A DNA stretch of 64,000 nucleotides from the human T2T-CHM13v2.0 reference genome, Homo sapiens, in NCBI RefSeq assembly GCF_009914755.1, contig NC_060947.1; one strand, given 5' to 3'. Positions 54,285 to 64,000 of the stretch are shown in pieces (the stretch's first letter is position 1; each line of letters begins with the position of its first letter). A program made the position numbers and the translations under genes. The notes beneath the pieces were generated by a model. The model did no database searches and was not told the origin of the DNA. It saw nothing but the letters and a program-made list of their open reading frames with translations.

Positions 54285-54562
54285 GAATCTGAACTTTTAA
54301 AAGGGAGTTACTGACTCTCAACTGTGCGGGGACGGTTTCACTTTGATTTAATATGGAAAGAGGGCCAAGTGTCATCCTCACAAATGGGTCCCCGAAGCAG
54401 ATCAAACGCAGAGAACTGTGAGGGTGGGACACGAGTGTCTGTGGACACTGGCTGCCTTTGGCTTTTCTCCTGCGAGAGAAGTTGGGTGACTTTCTGTAGG
54501 TGGATGAGTGATCCCTGAATGAGTGTGGGGTACGTGTATGCTAGCTGCTTCTTTCTCCCTGA

Positions 54563-55095
<533 letters not shown>

Positions 55096-57323
55096 CTCCT
55101 CTCTCTTTTTCTGAGATGTTTAGGAAGGACTGGGCTGATGGGGACCCTCTGTATGTGATGTGCGTGGGTTTGGTTTCCCGGAAGGCCCTCCAGAGACACG
55201 TTTGCGTGAACATTCAGCATGGAAACAACATACGTGTCTCCACAGGAGGTGAGAAATTGAATTTATGGGGTGGGTGTACGCTGGCGATTCTTGGTGCTTT
55301 TTGCTCAAAACAAGGTTCTTTTGAAAGTCACGTTCCTGCTTTCCCTGTGGCTTCCCGGTGAGCTCGCTCGCAGAGCAAGGAATACCACCCAGAGAGCAAC
55401 GTGGGCTGTGTTCCGTTGTAACGCCGTTGCAGAGAGAGGATTTGGTGTGTGAGATCCGTACCAGCTCCAGCACACTGATAGGAACACGTTGCTGGCCGAA
55501 CTGAACGATGCTGGGTTGGGTCCTGATTGATACGTATTTTCTTCCCTCCTCTCCCCAAAACTTGGCCAAATAGTCCGTGGAGGGTTGTCAGTCGCCGCAG
55601 TTGAGCAAAAAACACTTGTTCCTTTGAGTGGCTGTTCTGGTGAAATCTGTTTCTGACATATCCACTTTTCTCTCTCTTTTCTCTCTCTCTGACGGCGAAG
55701 CACCCACAGGGAGAAGGAATTGGATGTATCGGATGTTGGTATTAGATTTTCTTTCTCCGTTCGAGTCTCTGACTGGTGCATACTTTGCAAAGGTGTGTTC
55801 CTGGCAATTGCCAAGAGTTAGAAAAATGCACCTTCTCTGGTGGCCGTTGGGGTGTTGTTTCACAGGCAGTGGTGACAGGGCCCCTTGGCTGTGGCTGTCT
55901 TCTCCAGCGCCGTGGATAAAGAGATGGGACAGATTCTGTGCCTCTGTACGATTTAGAGCGTAACTGACCGCGTCCAACACCCGTTTTTCCACTTACAAAG
56001 CTGGTGGTGCGACGGGCTTGGTGTCTCCCGTACGGGAAGGAGGCCTTTGGGCCGCTCCAAAGACGCCCTGTCGTAGGAATGGCCTCTCCATCCCGCCAAA
56101 GTCCAGCCAGGCCCCCGAAATGGTCCCATTTCCTTGGAAGCCTGAGTTTCTGTTCTGGTCTTGCTGCTGTCCTTGGCCACGTCAGCACGTGGGAGCATCT
56201 GTGGATACCGCAGAGTCTGGGGACAGCTGGGCGTTTAACCGAAATGAAGCCGAGACGGGTTTCAGGTTTTGGTGCCAAGCTCTGGTCAGGATGAAAGGGA
56301 AATACCAGAGTCCTCTGTCCTCACCTCTGGGTTTCATGCTGACCTTTCTAACATTTGTTTTCCCCTAAGAACAAGCAGAAGCCTCCAGCTCCCTTTAGCT
56401 CCACAGTTTTCCCGGGGACATAGTGAGGATGGCACACGGCAGCCACTCCCACGACACACATTTCGGAGGCACTTTGCTGGAAGCCGCTTGTCTCCTCCAG
56501 CTTTGGGAGGTCTGGGGAGGAGAGAGGCTTTCGGTGGACACGTTTGACATTAAAAAAAAAAAAAACAAAAAAAAAAAAACTGGTGCCTAATTTATTAAAG
56601 AGAATTAGCTTAGCGAGTATATGCTGATATTCTTCGACACACGTGGGTAAGTTGATGCCATTTATAAATGTTTTATTGAAATTTGATATTTAATGAGAAG
56701 CCGGTTAAGGAATGTAGACAATATCCCGTTTCAAAGCTATGAAATGTGCTATTTATTGAAAGGGGATGTGGCTTCACGAGTTCAGCCCATTGTACGTGCA
56801 GGTCCCGTGGGAAGGAGGCAAAAGCCCCTGCTTCTTACTTTGTGATGTATGTGGATTTGTTATTTATTTTTTTTTTCCTTGGTCGGACGTTCATAAATAT
56901 GTACTATTTTAATTATGTCGAGTGTAAATTTGACATCGCGTTGCATTTATTTTTATATTTCTGAAAACTGTTGCTTTTTCTTTTTCCCTCCCCCATTGAC
57001 GACATAGCGGCCCCCGCGTCCGGGTTACAAATACATCTACAGATATTTTCAGGGATTGCTTCAGATGAAAACAAATCACACACCGTTTCCCAAACCAACA
57101 GTCTTCACATTTCTATCCCTCTGTTATTGTCGGCAGGCGGTGAGGGGTAGAAAAAAAACAAACAAACAAACAGAAAAAAAAACCAAAAAAAACCACCCTG
57201 AGTTTCTCTGGTGACGCCCTCATTCTCCTAACGTTCAATAATCTCAATGTTGAGTTGCAGCAACAGACTGTATTTTTGTGACGCCCCGTAGTATGAATGT
57301 ACATCTTGTAAAACTGAGATATA

Positions 57324-57329
57324 AATAAA
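57324..57329 (+). terminator. Distal polyadenylation signal AATAAA
   Basis: Canonical hexamer with upstream TGTA elements and a CA ~20 nt downstream. Confidence 0.65.
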
Positions 57330-57676
57330 CTTATAAATATTTGTATTCAAGTGTTAAAAAAAAAAAAAATTCTCAACCTCTCCCCTGAGGACAGGCTTAT
57401 TGGAAAAAAAAAAAAAAAAAAAAAATCCTGAGTCGGCCGTGGCTGAACACAGAGTGTTGTTCTGCTCCGTGCATTTCCAGGGTGGGTACCCGGTGTTGCC
57501 CCCCAGCCTTAGATCGGGAGGTACCATTGACTTTTGCTTGTATCCCATCCCCTTCCTTTACTGAAACCTACCTCCCCGCTTCTCAGCCAACGTCCCCCCA
57601 GAAGGTGGCAAAAAAAACAGAGGAAAAAGCCCTGATTTGAATCAAGTCAGAGCTGCTAATTCTCCACTTTCTTTAA

Positions 57677-59050
<1,374 letters not shown>

Positions 59051-59917
59051 CGTTCAGCTTTGTTCTGCAAATCCACTCCTATTGTTTTACGTGGTTTGAG
59101 AGACTCTGTCCCTTAGAAATAGATGTTTGTTGCCAATTGTAATGAATCTGTTTCAAAAATGAACAGAATATTCAAATGGTTTGAGAGATCTTTTCCCTTA
59201 GAAATAGCTTGTTGCCAATCACAAAGAATGTTTTTCAAAAATGAATGGAATCTTCCTGGATATCGCTTCCAGATCTTCATTTTTTTTGCATAGTTCAACC
59301 TGAAAAGTAAGTGTCTCAGCCCTGAATTTCTTTCTGATTTTTCCATGGGTTGTCTTGCAGACTTCTCTGGACTTGACCACATTTAAAAAAAAAAAAATTA
59401 ACTTTTTCACACGGACACGGTTTCAATAGGAATGAGATCTTTGAGTTTTTATGTAACAGATTCTTACCATCAGTTCTCAGATTCCCAAATTACACACAAA
59501 AAGCCACGGACTTCGCCTCCTGCTAACATGTCCTTCTGTTTCTGAGGCTTCTGTTGGTGTTAGACTTTCATGTTTAATAGCAGACAATGTAGGGATTTAA
59601 AGAAAAATGCAGAGAAAGCAAAAACACTGACCAAACACACGGAGATAAGCTTTCTAAAGCCTTTGTTCTTGGAGTTGTCGTTAAAAAAAAAAAGTTGTTT
59701 TAAACTTTGCAAGCATGCCTATATTGAACTCATAAGCAAGAGAGCCAAGAAAAATAGTGTCGGTCGTCTACTCTACACGTTTTCCCAAAACAGACGTATT
59801 TTAATTTCTTTTGTTTGAACTCACAGATGCTGAGAGTTAAAAGTTAAATTTTTGTCATGAACAATAGTGGCCAAAACCACAGTTACTTTTGCACTATAGC
59901 ATAATAAGAAAAATACA

Positions 59918-60128
59918 GGCTGGGCTCGGTGGCTCACACCTGTAATCAAAGCACTTTTGGAGGCGAAACAGCCAGATCCCTTGAGCCCAGGAGATTGAGA
60001 CCAGCCTGGGCAACATAGCGAGACCCTCATCTCTACAAAAAAGGTTTGTTACATATGTAACAAACCTGCACATTGTGCACATGTACCCTAAAACTTAAAG
60101 TATAATAATAAAAAAATTAAAAAAAAAT
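59918..60128 (+). mobile_element. Alu left monomer followed by a very short L1PA 3' end
   Basis: FLAM-like 59918-60041, then ACATATGTAACAAACCTGCAC...AAAACTTAAAGTATAAT and A tail. Confidence 0.85.
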
Positions 60129-60379
60129 TCACCAATCAACTGCCTGCTGGTGCCTTCAAGAGACTCACCTAACACATAAGGACTTGCATAAACTTATAAA
60201 ACAATTCAATGGAAGAATCCTTGAAAGTATTCTGAGAAGACAGTATAATAAACTGATTTCTAAAAAGGCTATAAAAAATTGAATAAATCATTGTTGGGCA
60301 TCCTGTGCTGAAATATAATGCAGCCAATAAAAATTACAAAATGAATAAACATTTTATAACAATTAAAAAAAGTCAAATA

Positions 60380-62600
<2,221 letters not shown>

Positions 62601-62893
62601 CTGCTGCCCAAGCTGTGTTTGCACCACTGCCCTCCAGCCTGGGCAACAGAGCAAGACTCCGTCTCAAAAAAAAAAAAAAAATGCTGCCCAAGCTGTGTTT
62701 GCACCACTGCCCTCCAGCCTGGGCAACAGAGCAAGACTCTGTCTCAAAAAAAAAAAAAATGCTGCCCAAGCTGTGTTTGCACCACTGCCCTCCAGCCTGG
62801 GCAACAGAGCAAGACTCCGTCTCAAAAAAAAAAAAAAATGCTGCCCAAGCTGTGTTTGCACCACTGCCCTCCAGCCTGGGCAACAGAGCAAGC
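62601..62893 (+). repeat. ~79-bp tandem repeat of Alu 3' end plus poly(A), 4 units
   Basis: TGCTGCCCAAGCTGTGTTTGCACCACTGCCCTCCAGCCTGGGCAACAGAGCAAG recurs near 62602, 62682, 62760, 62839. Confidence 0.92.
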
Positions 62894-63632
62894 CTCAGCT
62901 TTCTGCCATCTCCACAACCAAGAAAGCAATTCACACAGAAATCAGTGCATCGTGCAGTGACCTCTTCAGAAAACCAATGAGTTTTCCACCTGAGGAACTG
63001 TTTCTGAGCCCCATTCAGAAGAACACATCCCTGTAACTGCAGGGCAGATTTACTCACTGATGCCTGTTTAAATAAAGCTTCCAGCCTCTGCATGGGGTCT
63101 GTCTGGAAGCTCCTGTATCTGTCCCACATTCTTGGAATCACAATGCACCCTTGGGAGGAAGATATGTATTTAAAGGGAGTGGATGTTATGGTGAGAAAAT
63201 GCTGCCCATCCTTCTAGAAGACAAAAGCCACACAAAATACATCACAAGAACCAGTTTTTTTCAGAGAAGAACCTGCACAAAGAACCTGCTCCCCCCACAC
63301 CCCCACACACAGGTGAATTAACAGGATGTATGTTTTATCATAAAAGCACAGGTTTGTTTCCTATGCACTCTCTGAGGATTTGGCCATATGCAAAGATGTA
63401 CAAAAACCTTCTCTTTCCCCAGGGAACCGTAACCCGTCTGAAAAGATGCCCTTCTCAGAAGCGAGTTGAACGATTGTTGGAAAAGATAAAATACGACGTG
63501 CACACACAGAGTAGAGAAATGTCACCCATGCAAATTATGTGTTTGAATGGAACACATTCAGGAAGCTAAATGGGGTATGACCACACATTTGGGTTGATTT
63601 ATTTGACGAGTGGAAGGGGCAGATGGAAATGA

Positions 63633-64000
<368 letters not shown>

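Noticed and set aside
59092-59244. ~85-bp diverged tandem duplication
   Set aside because: Real but small and old, with no functional cue

Overview
Human genomic DNA from pseudoautosomal region 1 (Xp22.33/Yp11.3) containing SHOX on the + strand. The gene has non-coding exon 1 (~30177-30435, promoter P1) and exon 2 (36633-37341, with internal TATA promoter P2 and the ATG at 37065). Exons 3-5 and 6a complete an intact 879-nt CDS (292 aa, SHOXa), followed by a long 3'UTR that probably ends near 57350. Exon 6b (SHOXb) was not found and is probably just beyond the window. The rest is Alu/LTR/L1-dense DNA with many simple repeats, and almost all long ORFs in the track are low-complexity or Alu artefacts. 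I found no new protein-coding system. The most unusual signals are: (1) a HERV-H LTR7-family solo LTR with a ~2.5-kb internal minisatellite carrying a SOX-like and a KLF-like motif per unit; (2) repeated tandem amplification of Alu sub-segments, including a 12x82-bp array in the SHOX 3'UTR; (3) one Alu substitution, recurring across the window, that creates TGACAG; (4) a foldback AT-rich element; (5) a retroposed non-TE 3'-end fragment with a TSD; (6) a paired-class homeodomain palindrome in intron 3; (7) an in-frame cryptic splice donor in exon 2. Repeat boundaries are approximate unless a TSD is cited. Names and variant identities recalled from literature are flagged as such.
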